Origin: Smithellaceae bacterium
GTDB lineage: Bacteria > Desulfobacterota > Syntrophia > Syntrophales > Smithellaceae
Assembly: GCA_963667845.2 (NCBI GenBank)
Contig: CAXXVL010000002.1
Coordinates: 2,944,001 to 3,008,000 of the forward strand
Direction: 5' to 3'
Length of the DNA stretch: 64,000 bases
In this document: one piece after another, positions 29,150-39,568 of the stretch
Layout: each line of letters opens with the position of its first letter
Position numbering within the stretch: position 1 is the stretch's first letter
The notes under the pieces: generated by a model
Databases searched by the model: none
Seen by the model: only the letters and a program-made list of their open reading frames with translations
Told to the model about the DNA's origin: nothing
Program-made: the position numbers and the translations under genes

Positions 29150-31021
29150 ATGAGCAGAAATAAAGCCACAAAGAATATTGCAGAGAATATCTTTTCTGAG
29201 TTTGATATCACTATCGGAAAGTTTCTTTCTTCAGGCGTTACGAAAAATAAGGATGACGTTCGTCTGGCGGCGTCCTTAATCAGCCGTCAATTAAGCGACG
29301 GACACGTTTGCGTGAGACTGCCCGAGTTCGCCGGCACAGGATTAGGGACAGGTGACAACGAATATGATCATGGGCAGTTCCCCCGATTATCGGTATGGCT
29401 TCAATCCCTGGAAAATGCCGAGTGTGTCGGCCGGCCCGGCGATTTCAAACCCATGATTCTGGACGACGCGCACCGCCTGTATTTTCAGCGGTACTGGCAA
29501 TATGAACAGGATGTCGCCGGATTCATTCTAAAGCGCTTTTCGGCGGACCTCGATACGAATCCGCATTATTCTTCAGAGAGCATTCGCGAAAAACTGCAAT
29601 TCTACTTTCCGGAAATGTCTATGGGGGTAGTCTCCTGGCCGGGCATCGCCGCGGCAATAGCGTTGACGAGACAGTTTCTGGTCATTACCGGAAGTCCCGG
29701 AACCGGGAAAACGACGGCTATTACAAGGATCATGGCTTTTCTGCAGGATGTTAAAGAACGCGGGTTACGCATTGCCCTGTGCGCTCCGACGGGGAAAGCA
29801 GCTGCGCGCATGGAGGAATCCGTCAAAAAGACGAAAATGATCCTCGCCTGTCCGGAGGATATCAAAGAATCCATACCGGATGAGGCCATGACGATTCACC
29901 GTCTGCTGGGCAGCATCATGTATTCGCCGTATTTTTCTTTCAATGAAAAGAATAATCTCCCGTATGACCTGGTTGTGGTTGACGAAGCATCCATGGTTGA
30001 TCTGCCGCTGGCCGCGAAGCTAATGACTGCGCTTCGCCCGGGTGCCAGGTTGATTCTGTTGGGGGATCGGGATCAACTGGCGTCCGTCGATGCGGGGTCC
30101 GTTCTGGGGGATATTTGCTTTCCTGAACCATTAAATGTTTTTTCCAGGACCTTTGGACAGAAATTGGAGAGTATCTGCGGCATACCAATCAAAACATCGG
30201 ATGGAGCCCCTGATGTCCGGGACTGCATTATTGAGATGAAACAGAATTATCGTTTTTCCGCAGGAAGCGGCATCGGTGTTTTGAGTCAGTTGATAAAGGC
30301 AGGCGACGCGGATGCTGTGCTGGCGTTAACCGGTGAGGGAAAATATTCTGACGTTCACCTCTGTGAAATTTCAAATTCCGAGGATATTTTGAAACTATTA
30401 CGGGAAACGGTGCTTAAATTCTATCGGGCGTATCTCCAGGCCATCGCATCCGGTTCCGAAAGCATTGAAGATATCTTCAGCCGATTCGAAGCGTTTCGCG
30501 TCCTATGTGCCTTGCGGGTCGGACACTGGGGTTCTAAACGGATGAACATGGTCATCGAAAACCTTCTGGCGGAATCGGGGCTCATTCGTCTGACGGATCC
30601 GTATTATCAGGGACGTCCGGTGATGATTGTGCAAAACGATTATCGCCTGCAACTGTTTAACGGAGATGTCGGCCTTGTCTTAAGAGACTCGTCCGACCGT
30701 AATAAATTCAAAGTCTTTTTTCGCGATCCAAAGCAGGGTTTCAGAAAGATACTTCCCGAAAGACTTCCCCGCCATGAAACCGTCTGGGCGATGACAGTTC
30801 ACAAGAGCCAGGGATCGGAGTTTGATGACGTCGTTCTTATTTTGGCGGAGAACGACAGTGTTGTTTTGACAAGAGAATTACTCTATACGGGGATCACCCG
30901 CGCCCGATTGAATGTCAGCATATGGGCCGGCAGAAACACGGTGAAAAGGACAATTCAAAAACAAATCATCAGGCAATCCGGATTGACGGATGCAATCAAA
31001 TTGCCTGTGAGGAATATATAG
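29150..31021 (+). CDS. recD: Exodeoxyribonuclease V alpha subunit
   Basis: GHVC, LY..RYW.YE, GSPGTGKTT, APTGKAAAR, DEASM, GDRDQLASV, NGD.G, TVHKSQGSEF. Confidence 0.96.
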   Translation: MSRNKATKNIAENIFSEFDITIGKFLSSGVTKNKDDVRLAASLISRQLSDGHVCVRLPEFAGTGLGTGDNEYDHGQFPRLSVWLQSLENAECVGRPGDFKPMILDDAHRLYFQRYWQYEQDVAGFILKRFSADLDTNPHYSSESIREKLQFYFPEMSMGVVSWPGIAAAIALTRQFLVITGSPGTGKTTAITRIMAFLQDVKERGLRIALCAPTGKAAARMEESVKKTKMILACPEDIKESIPDEAMTIHRLLGSIMYSPYFSFNEKNNLPYDLVVVDEASMVDLPLAAKLMTALRPGARLILLGDRDQLASVDAGSVLGDICFPEPLNVFSRTFGQKLESICGIPIKTSDGAPDVRDCIIEMKQNYRFSAGSGIGVLSQLIKAGDADAVLALTGEGKYSDVHLCEISNSEDILKLLRETVLKFYRAYLQAIASGSESIEDIFSRFEAFRVLCALRVGHWGSKRMNMVIENLLAESGLIRLTDPYYQGRPVMIVQNDYRLQLFNGDVGLVLRDSSDRNKFKVFFRDPKQGFRKILPERLPRHETVWAMTVHKSQGSEFDDVVLILAENDSVVLTRELLYTGITRARLNVSIWAGRNTVKRTIQKQIIRQSGLTDAIKLPVRNI

Positions 31022-31218
31022 TAAATAAGTAAATAATATTAATATGATATTGCTTCTCCAGCCTGATATTTTTTTCTTCAGTTTCTGCTCGATAAATCTT
31101 GACAATTAGAAGCCAATCCATTAGCCTACCTTCCTGTTTTTGAAGATCATTGCAGGCGCTTGGACCGGACTTTCAGTCACTTGTCATATTGCTTGCGCTT
31201 TCAAGAGGGGGAACAACA

Positions 31219-31629
31219 ATGATTGGTGTGCTGATAACGACCCACGGAAATTTGGGAAATGAATTGATTCATGCGGCGGAGTCCATTAAAGGCAAGTTAA
31301 AAGACGTCATGCATGTTTGCGTCGAACAGACTAAAGGTGTCGAAGATCTAAAAAAAGAAATCCAGAATGCCATTAAAAAACTGGATAAAGGCAAGGGTGT
31401 ATTGATTCTAACGGATCTATTCGGTGGAACACCTTCGAATATTTCCCTATCCTTCATGAAAGAGGGCAAGGTGGAAGTCGTCACGGGCGTCAATTTACCG
31501 ATGCTTCTCAAGTTATCCGATATTAAAGAAGAGACCACGCTCAACGAGTTTGCGTGCTTTATTAAAGAATACGGGAAGAAAAATATTTCTCTGGCCAGTG
31601 AAATATTAAGTAAAAAAGCAGTCGGGTGA
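31219..31629 (+). CDS. PTS mannose/fructose-family EIIA
   Basis: THG phospho-His, TDLFGGTPSN, GVNLPML. ATG follows GAGGGG. Confidence 0.93.
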   Translation: MIGVLITTHGNLGNELIHAAESIKGKLKDVMHVCVEQTKGVEDLKKEIQNAIKKLDKGKGVLILTDLFGGTPSNISLSFMKEGKVEVVTGVNLPMLLKLSDIKEETTLNEFACFIKEYGKKNISLASEILSKKAVG

Positions 31630-31633
31630 TCAA

Positions 31634-32146
31634 TTGGCGGACTCCTACGACATTGCGCTGGTGCGGGTGGATAACAGATTGGTACACGGCCAGATATTGG
31701 AAGCCTGGGTGCCCTTCATCAAGGCAAAATGCATTATCGTCGTAGATAACAATGCGGCCAGTGATTTTTTTTGTGAAACCGTCATCCGTATGGCCGTGCC
31801 GAGCGATATCGAGGTTAATATCTGCTCGGTGGACGATTTTGTCTCCAATTTCTGCTATGCCCATGGAAACGGCAAAAAGACGATTATCCTGTTCAGCAAT
31901 ATTGCCGATGCCCTCAAAGCACACCAGGGCGGATTTCATTTTGAGAAACTCAATATCGGCAATATCCACCACGAAGACTATAAGGTCTGCTGTGCTCCAT
32001 CCGTCTTTTTATGTGAACCGGAGATTCAGGATGTTCTGCAGCTGCTGGAAGACAAAGGTGTCGTCGTCGAATTGAAGCGGGTTCCCAGGGAAAAAGCGGT
32101 GAACATCAAAGATGCTCTAAAGGAGTTCTGCCCGGTAAAACAATAG
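31634..32146 (+). CDS. PTS mannose/sorbose-family EIIB
   Basis: RVDNRLVHGQ..AW, LNIGN. Confidence 0.92.
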   Translation: MADSYDIALVRVDNRLVHGQILEAWVPFIKAKCIIVVDNNAASDFFCETVIRMAVPSDIEVNICSVDDFVSNFCYAHGNGKKTIILFSNIADALKAHQGGFHFEKLNIGNIHHEDYKVCCAPSVFLCEPEIQDVLQLLEDKGVVVELKRVPREKAVNIKDALKEFCPVKQ

Positions 32147-32162
32147 CGAGGATCCTACGATA

Positions 32163-32858
32163 TTGTTTATAAAAATCATCTGTATTTCTTTTGCAGGCGG
32201 CCTGCTGTGTCTCGATCGCGTTTTCATCCAGGCCATGATTTCCCGGCCCGTCATTATCGCCCCGGTGGTCGGCCTCATTCTGGGCAATCCCTATGCGGGG
32301 TTGATCGTTGGAGCGATACTGGAACTGCTCTGGATTGATCGCATTCCCATCGGTATTTATATCCCTCCGAATGATTCCATCGCCGCTGCTTTTGCAGCTT
32401 CGCTGGCCATACTTACCGGCCAGTCACTGGGAGCTGTGACGAATGACCTGATGGCCCTGGCAATCCTCATCGCAATTCCATTCGGCATCCTGGCGAAGAA
32501 GATCGACGTCAAAATCATCGAATCCAATAATTTTCTCTCCGATCAGGCTCTGGCGGCGGCCAAAGTCGGCGATTTCCGCGCGATAGAAAGCAAGACCTAT
32601 CTGGGTCTGACCAAGGTATTCCTGTCTTATCTTGTCTTGCTTCTTATCTTACAAATCACCTTTATTCCCTTGCTGATCTGGATTTATCCGAAATTGCCGG
32701 CCCAGATCCATACCATGTTGTCGCTCACTTATTTCTTTTTGCCGCTCCTGGGCATTGCTGTCGGAATCAACACGATTAAACTGCGCGGTGCGATCCCCGT
32801 TTTCTGTGTGATTTTCCTGGTCGTTGCCGCAGCGCTGGAATTTTTCAATGTCTTCTAG
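32163..32858 (+). CDS. PTS mannose/sorbose-family EIIC
   Basis: Q.MISRP, G....G..VGA.LEL, P.G..IPP; multi-TM. Confidence 0.85.
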   Translation: MFIKIICISFAGGLLCLDRVFIQAMISRPVIIAPVVGLILGNPYAGLIVGAILELLWIDRIPIGIYIPPNDSIAAAFAASLAILTGQSLGAVTNDLMALAILIAIPFGILAKKIDVKIIESNNFLSDQALAAAKVGDFRAIESKTYLGLTKVFLSYLVLLLILQITFIPLLIWIYPKLPAQIHTMLSLTYFFLPLLGIAVGINTIKLRGAIPVFCVIFLVVAAALEFFNVF

Positions 32859-33333
32859 AGAAGCGAAACAACAAGCGAGCGTCGATCTGATGAAAAGGGA
32901 AGATCTGCCGGAAATCCTGGCGATTGAGCGCGAGTCTTTCAAAACGCCCTGGACGGAAGGGATGTTCATCGATGAACTGAAGACGAGTCACGCCCAATGT
33001 CTGGTGGTAAAAGTTGATTTCAACGGGAAAGCCGTCGTTGGCGCTTACATCATCTTCTGGGTGGTAGCCGACGAAGTTCACCTGCACAATCTCGCGGTTA
33101 AAAAAGAATTCCGCAGGCAGGGCCTGGCAGCTGATCTGATGAATCTGATGAGGCATATGGCCGGTCAATTGGGAGCGGTCCGGCAGACGCTGGAAGTCCG
33201 CGTGTCCAACGATGAGGCAATCGGCCTTTACCGAAAGTGTGGTTTTGTAGTAAAGGGCAGACGGCCTCGCTATTACACCGATACTCAGGAGGATGCCCTT
33301 ATTATGTGGGCCCAAAACAAACAGGATGAATAA
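32848..33333 (+). CDS. rimI: Ribosomal-protein-alanine N-acetyltransferase
   Basis: IE..SF..PW, NLAV...RRQG, LEVR.SN..A..LY...GF...G.R..YY...EDA..M. Confidence 0.93.
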   Translation: MSSREAKQQASVDLMKREDLPEILAIERESFKTPWTEGMFIDELKTSHAQCLVVKVDFNGKAVVGAYIIFWVVADEVHLHNLAVKKEFRRQGLAADLMNLMRHMAGQLGAVRQTLEVRVSNDEAIGLYRKCGFVVKGRRPRYYTDTQEDALIMWAQNKQDE

Positions 33334-33335
33334 GA

Positions 33336-34151
33336 ATGGCTAAAGATATTTATGTCGGAGAAGTATCCCATAACGAAGAAATTCAGGCCGATCATTTTCT
33401 CATGAGGATTAAGCTGCCTGCATGTTTTGCCGAACCCCTGCCGGGGCAGTTTGTGATGGTTCGCATTGCCGGTTTGCAGGACCCCTTTCTGTCTCGCCCC
33501 ATAAGCATTTATTCATTTGCCCGCAGCAAAACGAGCTGCATGGTGGAACTTCTTTATCGTGTCGTGGGCAAAGGAACGCAAATACTGGCCGGGTTGATCA
33601 AAGGGTCGCAAGTTGAGATTTCCGGTCCGCTGGGAGGGGGCTACACGACAGCACCGTCAAGAAAGAACATTATCTTTATTGCGGGAGGCATCGGTGTCGC
33701 GCCATTGTCTTTGCTGGCGCAATATCTCTGCAAAACAGCGTGCCATGACGCAGAAACCATGACGTTTTATCTGGGGGCGCAAACAGCAGAAGCTGTTGTC
33801 GGACTCGATCAGCTTCGCAAGTATTGTTACAAAGTCATTGTCTGCACGGATGACGGATCCCTGGGCGAGAAATCGCTGGTAACAAAAGCATTTCAAAGAG
33901 ACATTAAAAAGTATGCACCCGCAGAGTCGGCGATTTATGCCTGCGGACCGAGGCCGATGCTCCGGTCGTTATCAAAAATGCTGACTGATAAATATTTCTG
34001 TCAGGTGTCGCTCGAAGAACGCATGGCATGCGGCGTGGGGGCCTGCATGGGCTGTGCTGTTGCCATTAAAGATGAAGACAACAAAACGGTGTATAAACGG
34101 GTTTGTGCAGACGGGCCGGTTTTTGATCTTCAGAAAGTGATCTGGGAATAG
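33336..34151 (+). CDS. pyrK: Dihydroorotate dehydrogenase B electron transfer subunit
   Basis: PGQF, RP.SI, GGIGVAP, CGP, MACGVGACMGC...C.DGPVF. Confidence 0.95.
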   Translation: MAKDIYVGEVSHNEEIQADHFLMRIKLPACFAEPLPGQFVMVRIAGLQDPFLSRPISIYSFARSKTSCMVELLYRVVGKGTQILAGLIKGSQVEISGPLGGGYTTAPSRKNIIFIAGGIGVAPLSLLAQYLCKTACHDAETMTFYLGAQTAEAVVGLDQLRKYCYKVIVCTDDGSLGEKSLVTKAFQRDIKKYAPAESAIYACGPRPMLRSLSKMLTDKYFCQVSLEERMACGVGACMGCAVAIKDEDNKTVYKRVCADGPVFDLQKVIWE

Positions 34152-34153
34152 AC

Positions 34154-35089
34154 GTGGGAACTGAAAAAAGGAAATTCGCAAGCGCGATGACAGTGGACAT
34201 TGCGGGGCTGGGCCTGAAGAATCCGGTTATGACGGCTTCCGGAACCTTCGGCTACGGTGAGGAATATGCCGACTACGTCGATCTTAATCAACTGGGCGGC
34301 ATCGTTGTGAAGGGGCTTTCACTCAAACCCCGGCCGGGCAATCCTCCTCCGCGGATTATGGAAACGTCGGGCGGAATGCTGAACGCTGTGGGTTTGCAGA
34401 ATGTGGGCGTTGATAAATTCATCGAAGAAAAACTTCCTTTTTTACGAAAATATGATGTTGCCGTTATTGCCAATATCTACGGTGAAACCTATCTCGAATA
34501 TGCTCAGGTAGCCAAGAAACTGAGCCGGGCGCAAGGCGTACACGCCCTGGAAGTAAACGTTTCCTGTCCTAATGTCAAAAAAGGCGGATTAAGTTTCGGT
34601 TGCGATCCGGCCTCGGCAGCGGACGTTACACGCCGGGTGAAAGCCGAAACGCATCTGCCCGTGATTGTCAAGCTCACTCCCAATGTGACGGATATTGCCG
34701 CCGTCGCCCAGGCCGTGGAGCAGGCCGGCGCTGACGCGGTATCACTTATCAATACGGTCACGGGCATGTCGATTGACCTCAAGACGAGAACTCCGCGTCT
34801 TAAAAATATCACCGGAGGTCTGTCCGGTCCGGCCATCAAACCGATTGCGTTACGCATGGTCTGGCAGGTGGCGAAACGCGTCTCCATACCGGTGATAGGC
34901 ATCGGCGGCATTATGACGGCCGAAGACGCGCTCGAATTCATGGTTGCAGGGGCAAGCGCGGTGCAAATCGGGACAGCCAATTTCGTCAACCCCTGCGTCA
35001 CAATCGAGATCATTGACGGCATCCGGAATTATCTCAATGACAACAAGATTAGAAATATAAAAGACATTGTCGGATCCCTGCGGACGTGA
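34154..35089 (+). CDS. pyrD: Dihydroorotate dehydrogenase B catalytic subunit
   Basis: ASGTFG, GNPPPRI, NVSCPN, KLTPN, GGLSGPAIKP. Confidence 0.96.
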   Translation: MGTEKRKFASAMTVDIAGLGLKNPVMTASGTFGYGEEYADYVDLNQLGGIVVKGLSLKPRPGNPPPRIMETSGGMLNAVGLQNVGVDKFIEEKLPFLRKYDVAVIANIYGETYLEYAQVAKKLSRAQGVHALEVNVSCPNVKKGGLSFGCDPASAADVTRRVKAETHLPVIVKLTPNVTDIAAVAQAVEQAGADAVSLINTVTGMSIDLKTRTPRLKNITGGLSGPAIKPIALRMVWQVAKRVSIPVIGIGGIMTAEDALEFMVAGASAVQIGTANFVNPCVTIEIIDGIRNYLNDNKIRNIKDIVGSLRT

Positions 35090-35093
35090 GAAT

Positions 35094-35780
35094 ATGAGGC
35101 TGAGAACCGAGGAGATCGTAAGCGGTGTATATCTGGTCGGCGGTCCTGATGTAACGCGGGGCGAAGACGCCGCCGTCTACCTGATTGACTTTTCGGGTGA
35201 CCTCGTCCTGATTGATTCTGGTGCGGGGGGCAGCTCTTCTCAGATTGTTCGCAATATCGAGATGCTGGGACTGAATCCGGCCTCATTATCGAAGGTCATT
35301 CTTACACACTGTCATATCGATCACGTCGGCTCAGCGCCTTTTTTCCGGGAAAAATATGGCGCAAAAATTGTTATTCATGAACTGGATGCCAAGGCTCTGG
35401 AGACGGGTGATTCGATCAGGACGGCTGCCAACTGGTACGGGACAACATTTCCGCCGACGAAAATAGATGAGAAGTTAAAAGACGCGCATGTGACATTGAA
35501 ATTCGGTCAGGAGGAACTGCACTGCCTGCATACGCCCGGCCACACGCCCGGTTCCATTTCCCTTTATCTCGACCGCGCGGACAAACGAATCCTGTTCGGT
35601 CAGGATATTCACGGTCCGTTTAACAAGGCATTTAACTCCGACATCGATGCATGGAAAAAATCCATGCAGCTGCTTCTTGATCTGGAGGCCGACATTTTAT
35701 GTGAAGGCCACTTCGGCATTTACCAGCCTAAAGATAGAGTGCGCAGTTATATTGAACGCTATCTGGAGGAATACGAGTAG
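35094..35780 (+). CDS. MBL-fold metallo-hydrolase
   Basis: THCHIDH, TPGHTPGS, GQD, EGH. Confidence 0.9.
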   Translation: MRLRTEEIVSGVYLVGGPDVTRGEDAAVYLIDFSGDLVLIDSGAGGSSSQIVRNIEMLGLNPASLSKVILTHCHIDHVGSAPFFREKYGAKIVIHELDAKALETGDSIRTAANWYGTTFPPTKIDEKLKDAHVTLKFGQEELHCLHTPGHTPGSISLYLDRADKRILFGQDIHGPFNKAFNSDIDAWKKSMQLLLDLEADILCEGHFGIYQPKDRVRSYIERYLEEYE

Positions 35781-35784
35781 ACCG

Positions 35785-36912
35785 TCAGATCAAGGCCAGA
35801 GAGTCCGCCACAGCCATGCCGGCGAGTGTCGGGCAAAGAGAGCCGTTTTTCAATTCCACTAACTTATTCTTAAGCAATTCCTCGATAACGCGTTTCTTTT
35901 CGATCAGCAAGTCGGAATCGAAGCGAGCCTTATAATGTTCGAGGTTGATCCCGTCTTTTGTGCGCATGCCGAGGAAAAGCGCCTCCAGTGCAAGCTGTTC
36001 CATAGAGAGCTTTTCTGTTTTGGCAATGGACTTCTTCCCCTCTGATATATTTTTGAGATAGGGTTTAACGGCTCTGGTGTTCCACCAGCGTTTTCGATTC
36101 AGGAAGGAATGGGCGGCAGGACCAAGGCCCAGGTAGGGCGTATGCCGCCAGTATTTCATGTTGTGCCTGGATCTGAAAGAATCGGAGCGCGCAAAATTCG
36201 ACACTTCATAGTGCGAATAACCTCTGCCCGTTAATAACCGTGATGTCGCCATGAAAAAATTCAGTGCATCATTTTCGGAAGGGTAAGGGAGGCCGTATTC
36301 CCTGTATCGCTTGAAAAGCGGCGTCTTCCTGTCCAGGGAAAGTTGATAGCAGGAAAGATGCTCAGGGAAGAAGGATAAGGCTCTTTCCAATGATTGTATC
36401 CATGATTTCATATTCTGACCATGAATACCGTATATTAAATCAAGACCGATATTTTCAAAACCGGCCATTCGGGCTGCATTCACACAATCGGCGGCTTGCC
36501 CGGCGGAATGTCTGCGTCCAAGGAATGTCAGGAGTTGGTCATCAAACGATTGGACGCCGATGTTCAGGCGGTTAACTCCCGATTTACGAAGCGACTGCAA
36601 ATATTCAAGGGACACATCGCCGGGATTGACTTCCATCGTGATCTCGGCGCGCCGGTCAACAGCGAAATGGGAATTTACGGCATTCAAGATTTCACGGATT
36701 TCCGTTAGTGACAGCAGGGAAGGGGTTCCGCCGCCGATGTAGATTGTATCAAAAACGTGAAAAACTTTCTGATACAAAGGCATTTCGTTTTTGACGGCTT
36801 TTACGAATTCAGGAATTTGATGAGTCGATGAAATGGAATAGAAACTGCAATATCCGCACTTGCTCAAACAAAACGGAATATGAATATAAAGACCTGCTTG
36901 ATTGTTTTCCAT
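35785..36912 (-). CDS. hemW: Radical SAM heme chaperone HemW (HemN-like)
   Basis: YIHIPFC..KCGYC.F, GGGTPS, YEVSN, HN..YW, YLGLGP.AH; next to lepA. Confidence 0.9.
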   Translation of the reverse strand: MENNQAGLYIHIPFCLSKCGYCSFYSISSTHQIPEFVKAVKNEMPLYQKVFHVFDTIYIGGGTPSLLSLTEIREILNAVNSHFAVDRRAEITMEVNPGDVSLEYLQSLRKSGVNRLNIGVQSFDDQLLTFLGRRHSAGQAADCVNAARMAGFENIGLDLIYGIHGQNMKSWIQSLERALSFFPEHLSCYQLSLDRKTPLFKRYREYGLPYPSENDALNFFMATSRLLTGRGYSHYEVSNFARSDSFRSRHNMKYWRHTPYLGLGPAAHSFLNRKRWWNTRAVKPYLKNISEGKKSIAKTEKLSMEQLALEALFLGMRTKDGINLEHYKARFDSDLLIEKKRVIEELLKNKLVELKNGSLCPTLAGMAVADSLALI

Positions 36913-36941
36913 GATGCGTCTGCAGAAAATGCCATTGACAA

Positions 36942-38738
36942 TTAGTCTGTATCGGACTTCAAAACCGCCAGGAACGCACTTTGGGGAATGCTGACGGAGC
37001 CGATCATCTTCATGCGCTTTTTACCGGCCTTCTGTTTCTCCAGGAGCTTTCTTTTCCGGGTGATGTCGCCGCCGTAACACTTGGCCGTGACATCTTTGCG
37101 GAAGGCGCTGATCGTGCTGCGGGCGATGATTTCTCCGCCGATGGCGCCCTGGATGGCGATCTTATACATCTGCCGCGGTATTTCGTCTTTGAGGCGGTCG
37201 CAGGCATTCAGTGCGCGGGCACGGGCGCGTTCGCGATGAACGATTTGTGATAGTGCGTCTACCTTCTCACCGTTGACCAGGATGTCCATCAAAACCAGGC
37301 TGCTTTCCCGATAGTCGATTATATCGTAATCAAAGGAGCCATACCCCTGTGTGACGGACTTGAAGCGGTCATAGAAATCAAAAATGACTTCTGCCAGCGG
37401 CATTTCATAGGATAATTCAACGCGACCGGGGCCGGTGTAATTCAAATTGGAATTCAAGCCGCGTTTTTCCATGCACAGCTTCATCACCGTGCCCAGGTAA
37501 CGCTCGGGGAGCATCATTGACGCACGGATATAGGGCTCTTCGCCTTTGGCGATTTCCGCCGGATCGGGATAGTGCGTCGGATTATCCACATAAACAACTT
37601 TTCCGTCCTTGAGCGTGAAGCGGTAACAGACGCTGGGAACGGACAGGATGATGGAGAGATCGAATTCTCTTTCCAGTCTTTCCTGCACGATATCCAGATG
37701 GAGCAGACCCAGAAACCCGCAGCGGAAACCCTGTCCCAGCGCGGCGGAAGAATCTTTTTCGTAGATGAAAGATGCGTCGTTGAGCTTGTATTTCTCCAGC
37801 GAATCGGCCAGATCCTGGTAATCGTCGGACGCGATCGGATAAATGGAGGCGAAGACGACAGGCTTGACTTCCTTAAAGCCGGGCAGGGGCTGGCTGCAAG
37901 GTCTGTCCTGCAATGTGATGGTATCGCCCGTGCGCACATCCGAAACGGTCTTAACACCGGCGATAATATACCCCACATCCCCGGCGGAGAGTTTTTCGCG
38001 CTTGGTGCGCTGAAGGAGAAAATGACCGACTTCTTCCACTTTATACGTGGACGCGTTGTACATGAACTTGATGATGTCGCCGGCTTTCACACTTCCTTCG
38101 AAAACGCGGCAGTGAATGATCGTGCCCCGAAAGGAGTCGTATTTGGCGTCAAAAATCAAGGCGGCCAGAGGGTTTGAAGCGTCACCAGTCGGCGGCGGAA
38201 TGCGTTCTACAATGGCATCGAGGATTTCTTCGATGCCGATGCCTTCCTTGGCGGAGCATTTGATATGCGTGTCCGGATCGAGTCCCAGTTCGGAATCGAT
38301 TTCTTCGAGCACCCGATCGATATCGGCCGACGGCAGGTCGATCTTATTGATGATCGGGATGATTGCCAGATTATGTTCCATCGCCAGATAAAGATTGGCC
38401 AGCGTCTGAGCCTGCACGCCCTGGGCGGCGTCGATAAGCAGCAAGACGCCCTCGCAGGAGGCAAGCGAACGGGAAACTTCGTAAGAAAAGTCCACGTGAC
38501 CCGGTGTGTCGATCAGATTCAGGATATACTCTTTCCCATCCTTAGCACGGTAGGGCAGGGAGATGGCATTGCTCTTAATGGTGATGCCCCGCTCACGCTC
38601 GATGTCCATATTATCGAGCAGCTGATCCTGAAAATTTCGTTCATTGCAGACGCCGGTAAATTGAATCAGCCGGTCGGCCAGTGTGGACTTGCCGTGATCG
38701 ATATGGGCGATAATGCTGAAGTTTCTAATATTTTCCAT
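36942..38738 (-). CDS. lepA: Elongation factor 4
   Basis: [49 protein letters not shown]. Confidence 0.98.
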   Translation of the reverse strand: MENIRNFSIIAHIDHGKSTLADRLIQFTGVCNERNFQDQLLDNMDIERERGITIKSNAISLPYRAKDGKEYILNLIDTPGHVDFSYEVSRSLASCEGVLLLIDAAQGVQAQTLANLYLAMEHNLAIIPIINKIDLPSADIDRVLEEIDSELGLDPDTHIKCSAKEGIGIEEILDAIVERIPPPTGDASNPLAALIFDAKYDSFRGTIIHCRVFEGSVKAGDIIKFMYNASTYKVEEVGHFLLQRTKREKLSAGDVGYIIAGVKTVSDVRTGDTITLQDRPCSQPLPGFKEVKPVVFASIYPIASDDYQDLADSLEKYKLNDASFIYEKDSSAALGQGFRCGFLGLLHLDIVQERLEREFDLSIILSVPSVCYRFTLKDGKVVYVDNPTHYPDPAEIAKGEEPYIRASMMLPERYLGTVMKLCMEKRGLNSNLNYTGPGRVELSYEMPLAEVIFDFYDRFKSVTQGYGSFDYDIIDYRESSLVLMDILVNGEKVDALSQIVHRERARARALNACDRLKDEIPRQMYKIAIQGAIGGEIIARSTISAFRKDVTAKCYGGDITRKRKLLEKQKAGKKRMKMIGSVSIPQSAFLAVLKSDTD

Positions 38739-38747
38739 AGGGATGTT

Positions 38748-38778
38748 AAAAAAAGCCCTCCAGGTATCGGCGGGCTTT
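38748..38778 (-). terminator. Intrinsic terminator after adk
   Basis: Minus strand AAAGCCCGCC-GATACCT-GGAGGGCTTTTTTT. Confidence 0.7.
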
Positions 38779-38801
38779 CTCTACGAATCTTTCCTCTTAA
38801 C

Positions 38802-39476
38802 TTAAACCAATTTCTTCATAAGATCTTCGGATACTTCTTTCACACCGGCGCGTCCATCAACAATGATGACCTTGGTTCTTTCCTTGAAATAGTTGACGCC
38901 GGCCAGCGTACCTGTTTTCGTGTCATAATAAATGCCGTGACGTTTGTCGATGGCTGCGGCATCCTGATCATCGGCGCGCGTGGTCAATTCTTCGCAACCG
39001 CACACGCGGCAGACGGGCTTGCCGTTCTTTTCAGCCGGTTTGATGGCGTCGATAAAGATATTGTTGGGATGGTTATTGTCCGTTTTGCATAAACGGCGTC
39101 CCATGATGCGCTTTTTCGCCGTTTCGCGGTCCAGATCGATTTCAATGACAAAATCGAGTTTAATGTTTTCTTTTTGCAGGGCTTTCCAAAGCGCCTCAGC
39201 TTGGGCCAGATTACGGGGGAACCCGTCCAGCAGCCAGCCCTTCTTGGCATCATCTTCCTTCAAACGATCCAGGATCATCGGGATCGTGATATCATCGGGA
39301 ACGAGTTCGCCTCGGTCAATGAACGCTTTTGCCTTTTCTCCGAGCGGGGTTTTCTTTGAAATATTTTGACGGAAAATAACGCCGGTTTCAATGTGCGGAA
39401 CTCCATATTTCTTCTGAACGATCGCGCCTTGCGTGCCTTTTCCACTGCCGTTTGGGCCAAATATTAGAATGTTCAC
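38802..39476 (-). CDS. adk: Adenylate kinase (metal-binding LID)
   Basis: GPNGSGKGTQ, G.LVPD, LDGFPR, LID C-x5-H-x19-C-x2-C, R.DD. Confidence 0.96.
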   Translation of the reverse strand: MNILIFGPNGSGKGTQGAIVQKKYGVPHIETGVIFRQNISKKTPLGEKAKAFIDRGELVPDDITIPMILDRLKEDDAKKGWLLDGFPRNLAQAEALWKALQKENIKLDFVIEIDLDRETAKKRIMGRRLCKTDNNHPNNIFIDAIKPAEKNGKPVCRVCGCEELTTRADDQDAAAIDKRHGIYYDTKTGTLAGVNYFKERTKVIIVDGRAGVKEVSEDLMKKLV

Positions 39477-39568
39477 TTTGTTGAAACTCCTTTCGTAATA
39501 AATATTAAAGTAAGTGCCTTATAATGTATTGCATCTTTTTTCGCAACGACAAAGATTGACCGGTGGTT

